This document shows, piece by piece, positions 25,791 through 38,800 of a stretch of 64,000 nt of DNA; position 1 is the stretch's first letter, and every line of letters begins with the position of its first letter. The translations under genes and the position numbers were made by a program. The notes under the pieces were generated by a model. That model saw nothing but the letters and a program-made list of their open reading frames with translations, was not told the DNA's origin and ran no database searches. This stretch comes from Raja brachyura (Eukaryota): the NCBI GenBank assembly GCA_963514005.1, contig OY740786.1, positions 17,484,001 to 17,548,000 on the forward strand. The letters run 5' to 3'.

Positions 25791-26830
25791 TCTGTGCAGA
25801 TCGTCTGCGACTTAAGAAATTACTGAACTCGCCAAATTCTTAGTACCCAAGGCGATTAGAAAGCTTAGAATTAAAAATTGTTGAACCCAGCTGTGGGTTT
25901 TTCCTCACAGGTGGGAACACGGAAGTCCTTGTCAACATTCACAGTTTGTCTTGAAAACAGAATATCTCCATTCAAATGAAGTATTCAACCTTCTAAGTCT
26001 AACACCAGTCTGATCTATTGATCAGCAGGAAAAAATGGGAAATGTCATCATTATTTCTAATAAAAGAAAGGTTACATTAAACAAATACCAGCAGATGGGT
26101 GCTTTTTACAGATACAGCATGGAAACAGTCCCTATGCTCCACAGAGTCCATGCCGACCAACAACCACCCGATGGGTGTTATGAAAACTAAATGCACGGCT
26201 GCATTTGGGAAAAGCGAGAGTCAACGAGCAAACATCCAACTGAGGTCCATCTGACAATGCTGGATAACGGGATAGTCCACAGTGTGGTCTTATCCACCCA
26301 GACAAAAGGGCATGGGGGGATTAGCTAACTTTAGGTGCAATTAATATATATTTCATCTAATCTATTTTTACATTGAAGCAGGAGCAAAAACCTAATTGTA
26401 GGGATACAAGCAAGGAAGTCAGTGTAAGATGAACAAGCAAGTTGGACATGATTTGTAAAATGCAATGCACAATAGATAAGGATTATAGTTTATAGATTAG
26501 AATAAGAGAAGTACATTAATGCTAACAATATCAGGTAAACTAAAGAATGATGGATTGTCTGCAGTTTAGTGGAAATAGTTTAAACGTGAAAGGTTCAAAA
26601 GAATAATTGCAACAGATAATTAAACTATTTGAACATGAGAGGAGATAGGAGAGAAGCTAATTTTTGATTAACACTAAAGTGATTTTTAGGTTTAAATTTA
26701 GATAGTGGACATGGAAAGAAAGGGACACAGCAGACTGGATAGCCTCACCTTAATAACAAAGATGTCCATGAGCTCTCTCGAGAGATGGAGGAGACAAGGG
26801 AAAGGAAATTGGCAATAAAAACAATTTCAC

Positions 26831-26982
26831 CTGATCTGGTTGTTTTCTGCTCTCTGTCTACACAGCTCATCTTCAGTGTCAGATGACTTTCTAGCCAATA
26901 TTTTGACTTCTTCCTCCAGGGAGGTTACACTATCTTTGAGACAAGTTAGCCTTGATCGATGTTCCAATCTTTCATTTTCCAA
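26831..26982 (-). CDS. TSGA10: TSGA10 exon (LENERLEHRSRLTCLKDSVTSLEEEVKILARKSSDTEDELCRQRAENNQIR)
   Basis: tag/ acceptor and /gtgaaa donor, 152 nt, phase 0-2. Matches human LDDERMEQ...LARKAMDTESELGRQKAENNSLR. Confidence 0.92.
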
Positions 26983-27404
26983 CTAAGAAGAATTAGGTCT
27001 ACAGTAAGACTGACTGACAGTATGGCAAAGATGATCAAAGTAGGTGTAGGCAATAGAATACAAGTGAACAAACACAATGTTAAATAAATTTACTATGAAA
27101 CTATTTCATGACGATAGATCTTATTACACTCTCCCATTAAAATGATGACCAACTAACTCAAATGTCATGAAAAAAAGAGCCTGAAGTTCTCAGACAAATC
27201 AATTTATAACTATTTTTACTTTTAATATTTACACAGAAACTAGATTGTATTTCTCTTGTGGTTGATGCTGTATACATTACTGTTATCTCATTTGTATAAT
27301 TTACCCACAGTCCAGGAAATGTAATAATTATTTTTACTTCACAATATTATATAAATTTACAATTTATAATTACAGGTATATAGTCTTAAAAAAATAAACA
27401 TTAC

Positions 27405-27482
27405 TGTATGCATAGAAGCCTTCAAGTCTTCTATTCTTTGCTCCAGATGCGCTCTCTCATTAATTGCAGTCTCCTGGGAAAT
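27405..27482 (-). CDS. TSGA10: TSGA10 exon (ISQETAINERAHLEQRIEDLKASMHT)
   Basis: tag/ acceptor and /gtaatg donor, 78 nt. Matches IAQETAFNEKAHLEQRIEELECTVHN. Confidence 0.92.
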
Positions 27483-27631
27483 CTAATGTAATATCAAGAC
27501 CAATAAGTACTGATATATTAGATCTGATATTTTTATGCTCAATATATGAATATAAAGAATTTATTCAAAACCTGCATGCAGATTAATCATTACTATATTT
27601 TTCAATAAGGCAATGACAGAACACCGGGGGT

Positions 27632-28885
27632 TACACAAAAAGCTGGAGAAACTCAGCGGGTGCAGCAGCATCTAAGGAGCGAAGGAGATAGGCGACGTTT
27701 CGGGTCGAGACCCTTCTTCAGACTGGTCAGGGATCAGGGAAACGAGAGATATAAACAGTGATATGGAGAGATAAAGCAAGAACAATGAGTGAAAGATATG
27801 CAAAAAAGTATTGGTGATAAGGGAAGCAAGCCATTGTAAGCTGTTTCTGGTGTGAAAATGAGAAGCTAGTGCGACTTGGGGGGGGGGGGGGGAGATGGAG
27901 AAGGAATGTCAGGGCCCGAGGGCTGAGGGAGAGGTGGGGGGGGGGGGGGGGGGGGGGAAGGGAGCAGTCTGGGTTAACAGAATTGAGAAAATTCAATGTT
28001 TAAGCCCAGAGGATGCAAACTCCCCAAGCGGAATATGAGATGTTGTTCCTCAAACTTGCGGTGTTGTTCACTCTGGCCATGGAGGAGGCCCAGGACCGAG
28101 AGGTCGGATACGGAGTGGGAGGGGGAGTTGAAGTGCTGAGCCACCGGGAGGTCGGGTTGGTTATTGCGGACCGAGCGGAGGTGTTCGGCGAAACGATCGC
28201 CTAGCCTCCGCTTGGTCTCACCAATGTAGATTAGCTGGCATCTGGAGCAACGGATGCAGTAGACGAGGTTGGAGGAGATGCAGGTGAACCTCTGTCGGAC
28301 TTGGAATGACTGCTTGGGTCCCTGAAAGGAGTGGATGGGGGAGGTGAAGGGACAAGTGTAGCATCTCTTGCGGTTGCAAGGGAAAGTGCCCGGGGAAGGA
28401 GTGGAGCGGGAGGGAAGGGAAGAATTGACGAGGGAGTTGCGGAGGGAGCGGTCTTTGCGGAAGGCAGACAGGGGGGGAGATGGGAAGATGTGGCGAGTGG
28501 AGGGGTCACGTTGGAGGTGGCGAAACTGGCGGAGGACTATCTGTTGTATGCGCTGGCTGGTGGGGTGAAAGGTGAGGACCAGGGGGACTCGGCCCTTGTT
28601 GTGAGTGGGGGAATGGGGAGAGAGGGCAGTGTTGCGGGGTATGGAGGAGACCCTGGTGCGAGCCTCATCGATAGTGGGGGAGGGGAAACCCCGTTCTCTG
28701 AAGAACGAGGACATTTGCGATGACCTGGTGTGGAACAAGTCATCCTGGGAGCAGATGCGGCGTAGTCGGAGGAATTGGGAATAGGGGATGGAGTCCTTAC
28801 AGGAAGCAGGGTGGGAGGAAGAGTAGTCCAGGTAGCTGTGGGAGTCAGTTGGTTTGTAGTGGATGTCAGTCAGGAGTGTGTCATA
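27632..28885 (-). mobile_element. Penelope-like element 3' part (RT thumb, GIY-YIG endonuclease, pLTR)
   Basis: Open ORF 27974-28930 with YKPTDSHSYL, IPYSQFLRLRRICS and NLVYCIRCSRCQLIYIGETKRRLGDRFAEH. Confidence 0.93.
27691..27724 (-). ncRNA. Minimal type I hammerhead ribozyme motif in the Penelope pLTR
   Basis: Minus strand reads CUGAAGA-A-GGGUC-UC-GACCC-GAAAC-GUC: conserved core, stem II and palindromic ACGU stem III with a GUC triplet. Stem I is weak. Confidence 0.7.
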
Positions 28886-30529
28886 TAGTATCAGACAAAT
28901 GTTAATGCCCCCAACTGAAGATTTTTGCAACCAGATGAGAGATATCTCATCTTATTTATTTTATCCAGATTAATGCTACTGTTAAAGTAGTGCTAAGCAT
29001 TCATCATCTTCCATTTGGTGATAAGCCAACAGCAAAATGGAATTTGCAACAGGTAATTAAACTATATTATTGAGACATTAAATCATTATCAAGGTGAAAG
29101 CTCAGACTGAAGGTACAACATATTAATTATTTACTGTATTTTTGTGTTACTCAGTCAAGTTTTAGAAAACTCTTCTCTTAAATTTCCTGCAGAACAGGTG
29201 CGTCATGATAGAGTAGAGAACGGTATTTTTTTTCCACAAAAAGCTGGGAAATAATAAGGCAGACATAATAGATTTATATATCATAAAAGTTACCAGTGAG
29301 GATACTTGTTGCCTGTGACTGTTGCCAAATCAACCCTCTCTAATAGAGCAGTGCATGTCAAGTATCTCCTTGCAACATAACTGCCAGTAACCTGGGATTT
29401 GAGCCTTACAAAGTAATAGCAACACATATCAATCCTGAAATCTACTTGTATATCCTAATCCTGTGTCTAAATAGAATTTCCAATTTGATAAAATCATAGA
29501 TCAATTTTCTCGTAATTTAAAAGATGGTATCTTTGACAATAAACCTGTCACACTATTACAGAAGCATAACGAGTAACCAGAAACATTAACTGTTTGCCTA
29601 CTACTGATGCTGCCTGATCCTATTGAGTTTATCCACCAATTTCTGTTTTATTTCATGTTTCTTTAGGACTTTTAAGTAAGGGAACCAGTATTTTTTACCC
29701 AGCTTGCCCTATATGCAACTCTAGTCCACACCAACGTGATTGACTTTTAACAACCTCTTAAGAGCCCTTGCAAGATATTCAGCAGTATATTCCTGATGCC
29801 AGCAATTCAAGAACATGGCCAAATGATGACTTTGCCAACAACCATACACCCACATTCAAAGCATAAAAATATTTTAATAAAATGTTTGCATCATCATTCA
29901 ATGCAGTCACCTAAATTAATAATTTGATTGGAAGAAGAAACTTGTTTGAAGAAAATATTATTTAGTAGAAATTTGCCATCCAGATTTACAGTGGCTTGCA
30001 TTTAGAGATACAAAAATAGGCTTCCATTTTACTGTCACTAATTTATTACAAATGCCAAACATGAATTTTCCCTAATTTATCCAATGTTGTTAAAGGAAAG
30101 TCCATTGAAAATTTAAATAAACTGCGGTTTTATTATAATTCACTTTGCTTTAAATAGGATATGAAAACATCAAACTCAGTAAATGTCTCCTTCTTAAATT
30201 AAATGCAATGCAATTTATGTAAAATACAGACACGTTTTATGTGACAATACCAATCTAAACTGAAGCAATTACAGGAAGCAATTACCAATAACACAAATTA
30301 TTTAAGAATGAAATCCATGACTGTAGTTTAAAAGTAATGTGATCTGCAATGATCATTTTACTTACCCAAAATGATCAAACTTTATTAAAATACAAGTAAA
30401 TAAGATTTTTATTTGCTTATTGGAGTCTTATAGAAGACGTATAGAGTTAAATGATAAGCCTGCCACTTAAAATCCCAGTTACGAACTAACATAAAATTAA
30501 AGGGTAAATTTCACTTTTTTTTGAAATTT

Positions 30530-31120
30530 TGACACCACTGTTGTGGGACAAATCACTGATGGTGACGAGTCAGAGTATAGAAGTGAGATCAACCGATTGA
30601 CCAAATGGTGGCAGCACAATAACCTGGCTCTCAACACCAGCAAAACCAACAAACTGATTGTGGACTTTGGAAGGGGTAGGATAGGGACCCACACTCCTGT
30701 TTATATCCACGTTATATGATGGTGGAAAGAGTAAGAACTTCAAATTCCTGGGTGTGTATATTTCCTAAGATCTTTCCTGGTCCCAGCACACTGATGCAAT
30801 TATAAAGAAAGCACATCAGCGCCTTCCAGAGAAGATTACGGAGAGTCATTATGTCAAAGAGGACCCTCTCGAACTTCTACAAGTGCACAGTAGAGAGCAT
30901 GCTGACTGGTTGCATCATGGCTTGGTTCGGCAACTTGAGCGTCCAGGAGCGGAAAAGAATGCAGAAGGTTGTGACCACTGCCCAGTCCATCATCGGCTCT
31001 GACCTTCCCACCATCAAAGGGATCTATCACAGTCGCTGCCTTAAAAAGGCTGCCAACATCATCAAGGACCCACACTCATCTCTCCGCTGCTATCAGGTAG
31101 AACGTACAGGAACCTGAAGC
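30530..31120 (+). mobile_element. Rex1/Babar LINE 3' fragment
   Basis: DTTVVG, NNLALNTSKT and FYKCTVESMLTGCIMAWFG motifs. Confidence 0.85.
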
Positions 31121-31238
31121 CTGAATGAATTGCTGAATAAACAGAGTTATGAATCTGTTAATGTGATTATCTAATTATTTAAATAATAACATTTGTCTGA
31201 CTGCTTTACTTTCACGTCTAAGTTGCGCACTTCTTCAC

Positions 31239-31412
31239 CTTTAATCGTTCTCTCAGACTGTCACGTTCTGTGGTCATTCTCCTCAAGTCTGCAACAGCTT
31301 CATCACGCTCACATTCCAAGCGGCGCAGAATATCTTGTGCTGTCAAACTGTTTTTCTGAGTTCTCGGTGACTTCATTGCATCTCTTCGCAATCTTGTGAG
31401 TTCCTCCTGAGC
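31239..31412 (-). CDS. TSGA10: TSGA10 exon (AQEELTRLRRDAMKSPRTQKNSLTAQDILRRLECERDEAVADLRRMTTERDSLRERLK)
   Basis: aag/ acceptor and /gtgaag donor, 174 nt. DLRRMTTERDSLRERLK is identical to recalled human TSGA10 and differs from CEP135. Confidence 0.93.
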
Positions 31413-32004
31413 CTTGGTCATTTATTGAAATTCAGATATTAACAAATAATTCAAATTGCATTTTCTTTAATAAACAATTCTTGCAAAATGTTATTTACCT
31501 TCACAATACGGCCTTGTCAATGATAACTAGGGAAATAAATTTTGCTTCCTTAAAACAGCCAGCAGACAGTGCTATTTGTAAAGTCAAGATGAAAATTAAA
31601 TATGCCTTACTCACATCACCCATACTAACATGCAGCTACTTACATCACAATAATGACATTGTGGATATCACTATTAAGTCCAAGTATCTGATTAGTGGGG
31701 ACAATGTCAACAGTCACAGTAACTTCTTTATGAGGGGGTATCTAATTTACAGCCTTCATTAACCAGATGTGTACATTATAGAAAATAGCCTTATTTATCT
31801 AATTTCAAAAAGCACTCAATGTTTTTCTCCTGCTAATTTTGAACAATTTATTTCACATCTTTATCAAAATTTACAAAATGACAGTAAATGCTGATGGCTC
31901 GTGCTTCCTGATGAAATGAAGTGGCCAATTTCAATGCTCCTTGCTTAAGCAGAATAGTGATCATAGATAGGTTCATCACACACAATTGTCAGCAACAGTA
32001 ATAC

Positions 32005-32875
32005 CATTGCCAACAGCTGACAGTGTGGTGTGGAGAAAATAACCTGCTCCTCAACACCTTAAAGACCAAGGAGATAATAATAGACTTCAGGAAGAACAAA
32101 ACGGACATGGTACCACTAATCATCAGAGGGGACTGTGTGGAGAGGGTGGCGGATTTCCGCTTCCTGGGAATCCATATTTAGGAGGACCTGACGTGGCGCG
32201 TGAACACCTCTGCGCTGCTGAAAAAGGTCCAGCAGAGACTGCACTTCCTGAGGGTGCTCAGGAAGAATAACATCACTCAGAGACTGCTGCTGTCCTTTTC
32301 TCGGTGCTCCATTGAAAGCATCCTAACATACTGTGTATGCGTGTGGTACACCAGCTGCACAGCGGCTCAGAGGAAAGTGCTCCAGAGGGCCATTGACAAT
32401 GCCCAGAGGATTGTAGGCTGCCTTCTCCTTACCTTGGAGGACTTACACAGTTCCCGCTGCATCAAAAAATCCCAGAATATTATAAAGGACATTTCCCACC
32501 CCGGACACTCCCTGTTTGAACTGTTACCGTCAGGCAGACGGTACAGATCTACAAGGACAAGGACAAACAGACTGAAAAAGTTATTACCCCACTGCTATAA
32601 AGTCACTAAATGTAGCCGCCAAGGAACGCAGGGACTAAGGGACTGTGGTTGGTACACTGTGAAATTGACAGAAGGATGTAGGGTGGGGTGTTTATGTGTG
32701 CTATTTTCATATTTATTGTAGTTGTTTATCTTTTTTTTAAATATTTTACCTTGTATGTATCGTTAGCTTTTAGAAATGTTTGAATGGTGCACTGACTGGC
32801 TGACATTTTTAAATTTTGTTGTACATGGTTCATGTTACAATGACAATAAAGAAACTATTCTATTCTATTCTATTC
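32005..32875 (+). mobile_element. Rex1/Babar LINE 3' fragment with (CTATT)n tail
   Basis: KKVQQRLHFLRVL...SIESILTY...LLPSGRRYR, then AATAAA and a CTATT repeat tail. Confidence 0.88.
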
Positions 32876-32960
32876 AATGACTTAATCTCAGACTAAGCCT
32901 CAGACTGATCTTTATGGTCAACACAAAGGCAAATGAGATTCAGATTGTTGAAGAATTAAT

Positions 32961-33108
32961 NNNNNNNNNNNNNNNNNNNNNNNNNNNNNNNNNNNNNNNN
33001 NNNNNNNNNNNNNNNNNNNNNNNNNNNNNNNNNNNNNNNNNNNNNNNNNNNNNNNNNNNNNNNNNNNNNNNNNNNNNNNNNNNNNNNNNNNNNNNNNNNN
33101 NNNNNNNN
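32961..33108. other. Assembly gap (N run)
   Basis: Run of n. Confidence 1.
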
Positions 33109-33705
33109 CCTCGAAAACCAGACACCAAAACGGGAAAATGTTTACATATTTTAGTAGAGATTTTCCTTGTGATTTTAGAAATCTACTCCTCTGTACATTT
33201 GGTACATTATTTTTCCGACTTTTTAATTAAAATTGTTGACCAATCTGACCTTTTTTTAAAATCTGACCGCTGCCCAGCTGCTGACGTTACAATAACAGTG
33301 AAAATTTTACTTCTGGTAAAAATTTTTCTTATGATTTCAAAACTCCAATCCTCTATAAATTTGATCAATTATTTCCCGAGATATTTACTAAAATTTATCA
33401 CCAAACTGACATTTGTTTAAAATTCTAGACTAAGTGGGACTGGGTCCCATGTTCACACGGGAGGGCTGGTCCCCGAAACGCAATATTCCACCTCTCTACA
33501 AATTCCAATATTGGTGGCCAGTGGGGGGGGGGCTTCCTGGAGCACTAGTATGGGTACTGTGGGCTGAAGGGACTGGTTAGTATGGACATTGTGGGCTAAA
33601 TGGATTCTTGGGGTGGCAGCTCAGTCACTCAAACCTGATGTCCTGGCAGCTCACTAACTGCTGGTGGGCTAGCAGTTGACTCACGGCTATTCCTTGAAAT
33701 TCCAT

Positions 33706-34342
33706 TTCAAGCAGGGTGCAAGGCAACCAAATTCAAATGTAATTTTCTACCATTTCAAGCAGGGTGCAAGGCCACCAAATGCAAGTGCAGTTTCCGACCA
33801 CTTCAAGCAGGCTGCAAAAGGCCACCGAATTCAAGTGCAGTTTCATGCCACTTCAAGCAGGGTGCAAGGCCACCAAATTCAAGTGCAGTTTCATGCCATT
33901 TCAAGCAGGGTGCAAGGCCACTAAATTCAAGTGCAGTTTCATGCCACTTCAAGCAGGGTGCAAGTCCACCAAATTCAAGTGCAGTTTCATGTCAATTCAA
34001 GCAGGGTGCAAGGGCACCAAATGCTAGTGCTGTTTCATGCCATTTCAAGCAGGGTGCAAGGCCACCAAATTCAAGTGATGTTTAATACCACTTCAAGCAA
34101 GGTGCAAAACAACCAAATTGAAGTGCAGTTTCATACCAATTCAAGCAGGGTGCAAGGCCACCAAACGCTAGTGCTGTTTCATGCCATTTCAAGCAGGGTG
34201 CAAGGCCACCAAATTCAAGTGCAGTTTCATACCACTTCAAGCAGGGTACAAAACAACCAAATTGAAGGGCAGTTTCACACCATTTCAAGCAGGATGAACG
34301 GCCACCACATTCAAATGCAGTTTCATACCATTTCAAGCAGGG
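33706..34342. repeat. 48-bp tandem minisatellite, ~13 copies
   Basis: Unit TTCAAGCAGGGTGCAAGGCCACCAAATTCAAGTGCAGTTTCATGCCAT; unit starts at 33852 and 33900. Confidence 0.93.
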
Positions 34343-34484
34343 TGGAACCACCATAAAACCACTGTAAAACCACACAAAACGCCACATAAACACCACACTC
34401 ACACCACAGTAGACATTCAGTGTTTTCAGTTGATTCACAGCTTAGACAGTCGTGACCTCTCCCTCCCCATCTTGCAAATACTGA

Positions 34485-35722
34485 GCCAGCCTTTCGAAGC
34501 AGTTAACCACCAACAAAAACAGCCATTTTGCTGCAGTGCAGCCTTTCAAAGCAGTTACCACCACCAACAACAGCCATTTTGTTTGCAGTGCAACCTTTCA
34601 AAGCAGTTACCACCATCACCAACAGCGATTTTTTTTGCAGTGCAGCCTTTCAAAGCAGTTACCACTACCAACAACAGCCTTTTTTTTGCATTGCAGCCTT
34701 TCAAAGCTGTTACCACCAACAAAAACAGCCATTTTTATTTGCAGTGCAAGCCTTTTGTTGCAGTGCAGTCTTTCAATGCAGTTACCACCACCAACAGTCT
34801 TTTTTTTTTGCAGCACAGCCTTTCAAGCAGTTACCACCACCAACAGGCATTTTTTTTGCAGTGCAGCCTTTCAAAGCAATTACCACCACCAACAGCCACA
34901 TTTTTTGCAGTGCAGCCTTTCAAAGCAGTTACCACCAACAAAAACAGCCATTTTTATTTGCAGTGCAAGCCTTTTGTTGCAGTGCAGTCTTTCAATGCAG
35001 TTACCACCACCAACAGTCATTTTTTTTTGCAGCACAGCCTTTCAAGCAGTTACCACCACCAACAGGCATTTTTTTTGCAGTGCAGCCTTTCAAAGCAATT
35101 ACCACCACCAACAGCCACATTTTTTGCAGTGCAGCCTTTCAAAGCAGTTACCACCAACAAAAACAGCCATTTTTATTTGCAGTGCAAGCCTTTTGTTGCA
35201 GTGCAGTCTTTCAATGCAGTTACCACCACCAACAGTCATTTTTTTTTGCAGCACAGCCTTTCAAGCAGTTACCACCACCAACAGGCATTTTTTTTGCAGT
35301 GCAGCCTTTCAAAGCAATTACCACCACCAACAGCCACATTTTTTGCAGTGCAGCCTTTCAAAGCAGTTACCACCAACAAAAACAGCCATTTTTATTTGCA
35401 GTGCAAGCCTTTTGTTGCAGTGCAGTCTTTCAATGCAGTTACCACCACCAACAGTCATTTTTTTTTGCAGCACAGCCTTTCAAGCAGTTACCACCACCAA
35501 CAGGCATTTTTTTTGCAGTGCAGCCTTTCAAAGCAATTACCACCACCAACAGCCACATTTTTTGCAGTGCAGCCTTTCAAAGCAGTTACCACCACCAACA
35601 ACAGCCTTTTAAAAGCAGTTACCACCACCAACAACAGCCATTTTTTTGCAGTGCAGCCTTTTAAAAGCAGTTACCACCACCAACAACAGCCATTTTTTTT
35701 GCAGTGCAGCATTTCAAAGCAA
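34485..35722. repeat. ~45-50 bp satellite with a 219-bp higher-order repeat (4 near-identical copies)
   Basis: TTACCACCAACAAAAACAGCC recurs at 34710, 34929, 35148 and 35367. Confidence 0.93.
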
Positions 35723-37446
35723 CCATATTTCCATTTTCAACCCACATTAAGGGCACTCACAGCTGAGTAGATATGTGTTCAGTTTTATTCAGAGAGACAT
35801 GATCCTCTCGCTTCCTCCATCTTGCAGAGACTTGCAGTGAGGCACACCACTTCTGGGTTTTATAGTCCTTCCCCCTTCCACCAGCAGGGGCAACAGAGGG
35901 AATGGCGACATTTTTTAAAACATTAATATCTCTCTGATTTTTCATCCATGGAAAAAATCCTCTGGTCCAGTCCGGCGGAGGGGGGCTCTGAGCGAGGTGG
36001 CCAAAAATGATGCGTTCTCTCGGAAATCACATCGCAGTGAGTCAAAAGCAGTCAAGATCTTACTTTTAGTAATATAGATTAAGGTTGCCCAGCTGCTGAC
36101 CTCACAATGCCTTTCCTAGTGACCCTGCCCTCCCCCCGCCGCTCTGGATTAATGTAGCATGCCGTCAACGCGCATGCGCAGTTTTTCACGAGGTACGTTA
36201 GCCAACCCACCCCCCCCGTTCTTCAAAAGTCGCAGAAAATTTGAGAAAGTTCTGCAGCAAAGATCCTACAGCTCAGCTATAAGATCTTTGTTCTGTAGAT
36301 CGCGAGGTCAGAGGCGCCCACACGCTGAAGAAGTTTGCTCGCTGCACTTGCAGCTTGTGAAGCCACGCTCCTCCCATCCCCGCCCACCCACCCGCTCACT
36401 CATCTGCCGGTTTCCAGAGAGTCAAGCCAGTGCTGGCTCTCTACACTTTTCGCAGCCCACTCACTCACCTGGCTCCCCCCCCCCCTCCTTTTCTCACCTC
36501 CTCCCCTCTCCTCCCTCCCTCTCTCCTCGACCTCCTCTCCGTGTCCGTGTCCACGGCCCGATCCTCTGTAACGCTGACGGAAGCTTTTGGCAGTCCTCAG
36601 CAAGATCCTATAGCTCACTATAGGGTCTTTGGTCCTCGGATCGCTCTGGGCTTGCTTTTGCCCCTGCGACCTGCCACCCAGTCCCACTCCTCTCTCTCTC
36701 TCACTCTCCCCCCTCTCTCCCCCCACCCCCTGCCCTCCCTCCCCTAAACCCCCTCCCCCCTCTCTCCCCACCCCCTGCCCTCCCTCTCCCTAAACCCCCT
36801 TCCCCCCTCCACCCCTCCCCTCCCCCTTCCCCCCCCTCTCACTCCACCCTCTCTCCTCCCTTCCCCCACCCTCTCTCCTTTAAACCCCTTCACCCCTCCT
36901 GTCCACCCCTCCCCTCCAGGCTCTCGCCCTCCCCTCCACCCCCACCCTCCCCCCTCTCCCTCCCTTCCTCCCCCTCCCTTCCACCCTCTCCCCCCTCAGT
37001 TCCCCCCCTCTCAGCCTCCCTCTCTCTATCCCCCCTCTCTCTATCCTCCCCTCTCTCCCCCCTTCACTTACCCTCCCCCCCCCTCACCCACCTTCCCTCT
37101 CCTCCCCTCCCCTTCCCCCCCTTCTCCCTCTGTCTCTTGCCCCTCTCTCTGTCGCTGCCCCTCTCACTCTGTCTCTCCCCCTTCTCTCTCTGCCTTCACC
37201 CCCCTCCCTCCACCCCCCTCCCTCCCTCCACCCCCCCTCCCTCTCTAGACGCGCCTGCAATTTGGGGGCTATGTCAGTGGATGTGGCGATTATGGGGTAA
37301 AAGGAGCAAATTAATAATATTAATATAATATCGAGGTGGATAGTTAGCGTGTGTGAGGGGGGGGATAGTGTGTGTGTGTGGGGGTGGTTAGTGTGTGTGA
37401 CCACGCGTTGTGGGGAACAGACCCAATGGGTCTGTACTTGGTCTGG

Positions 37447-38600
37447 TATACTTATAAAACTCTGATCTGATCTTTTGTTTGTTCGCTTGTGAATCACATC
37501 TTCTCCAAAACCCGACGCACTAATGGTGAAATTCTTACATATTCTGGTAGAGATTTACCTCATGATTTCAAAAATCCCCTCATCTGCAAATTTGATTCAT
37601 TATTTCTCGTGTTTTCTACTAAACTTGTTCACCAATCTGACATCTTTTTAAAATCTAACATGCTGAAGCCAACTCGATGACGTCACAATGCCAGTTTACC
37701 ACGAGCTGCAAGTTACGTATCCCACACCCCCCCCCCCCCCCCCCGGGGATCAGGATTGAAGCCGCTAAACACGTGCTCAAGTCATGCAGTGCGCTCCGCT
37801 GGGCTCCTTCAAGTGCTACAACATGGCGGCGGCAGTCGTTATCGCAGCGCGGGCACGAACAAGCGTAGAGGAAAAGTGCCCGTAGCGGCCGTCACAGGGG
37901 GCGACCTCCTCTCCGTCTCCCCCGCCCGATTGTCTGTCACTTAGGTTGGGTGACCTTACCCTTGCGGAAGCCACGATCGGCCAGCCCTCCGCTGCTTTTC
38001 ACCGTCCTCAGGTCGCTCTGGGCCTCGCTCTGGTCCATGCCAGCCACAGCCTATCTCGGGCCCGGCACCTGGTGGGGAGGCTTCCACTCTACGACCTGGG
38101 TAGGTGCTGCCTCTACCCCCTCCCCCTCCCTCTCTACCCACTCACCGGGGCAGAGAAAGAGAGAGAGGGGGGTGAGAGAGGGGGGGGGGGGAGAGAGGGA
38201 GGTGGAGAGAGTGGAGGGGAGGGGGGGGTGGAGGGATGGGGTGAGAGTGGGTGGAGAGAGGGGGGTGGAGGAGGGGAGAGGGGGTGGAGAGGGGAGGGTG
38301 GAGGGGGGAGAGGAAAGGGAGGAGAGGGAGGAGGAGAGAGGAGAGGGGTGGGAGGGGGCCCTCCCTCTCTATCCCCCTCCCCCTCTACCCCCCCCCCCTC
38401 TCTACCCCCTCTCTAGCCGCGCATTCACAGTTGGGGGTTATGCGAGAGTGGATAGAGCGAGGGATGGGGTAAAAGGAGCAAATTAATAATATTAATATAA
38501 TATCAAGGCGAGGGTTAGTGTGTGTGCCGCCGAAGGATGCCCCCGCCCCCTGCATCCGCGCGTTGAGGGGACGGGACCCAGCGGGTCCCCCTTGGTCTAG
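37447..38600 (+). mobile_element. Non-autonomous Helitron directly abutting the previous one
   Basis: Starts TATACTTATAAAACTCTG and ends with hairpin GGGACCC-AGC-GGGTCCC, then CCTTGGT, then CTAG followed by T. Confidence 0.75.
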
Positions 38601-38800
38601 TTTCCTTTAATTGTGTGGTTCTCTGGGCTTTCTATTAAATTAGGCTGATTCATAACATGATTTGATCCAAGGGTCTTGATCGGTTCATTACTGAGTTGTA
38701 TTGTTTCTTTTATTACATTATGCTCTAAGTAGCCCTTATAGTTGTAATTTAAAGTAGCCAATTAAAGTACCAGCACTTTGGGATTGAGGGAAAATTTGAA

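Larger units (their letters stand above)
33425..36078 (-). mobile_element. Complete non-autonomous Helitron carrying two satellites
   Basis: The minus strand starts TCTATATTACTAAAAG after an A and ends with hairpin TGGGAC-CCA-GTCCCA, then CTTAGT, then CTAG. Confidence 0.75.
33109..37446 (+). mobile_element. Non-autonomous Helitron interrupted by a nested opposite-strand Helitron
   Basis: 3' hairpin CAGACCC-AAT-GGGTCTG followed by TACTTGGTCTGG, and a C-rich tract at ~36690-37245. Sequence at 33420 resumes at 36079 (GCCCAGCTGCTGAC..ACAAT motif also seen at ~33272). Confidence 0.65.

Noticed and set aside
33706-35722. CRISPR-like regular repeats
   Set aside because: Tandem units with no unique spacers, no cas genes, and a vertebrate context.
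34430-35770. Three overlapping 358-446 aa repetitive ORFs
   Set aside because: Translations of a satellite that is open in all three frames.
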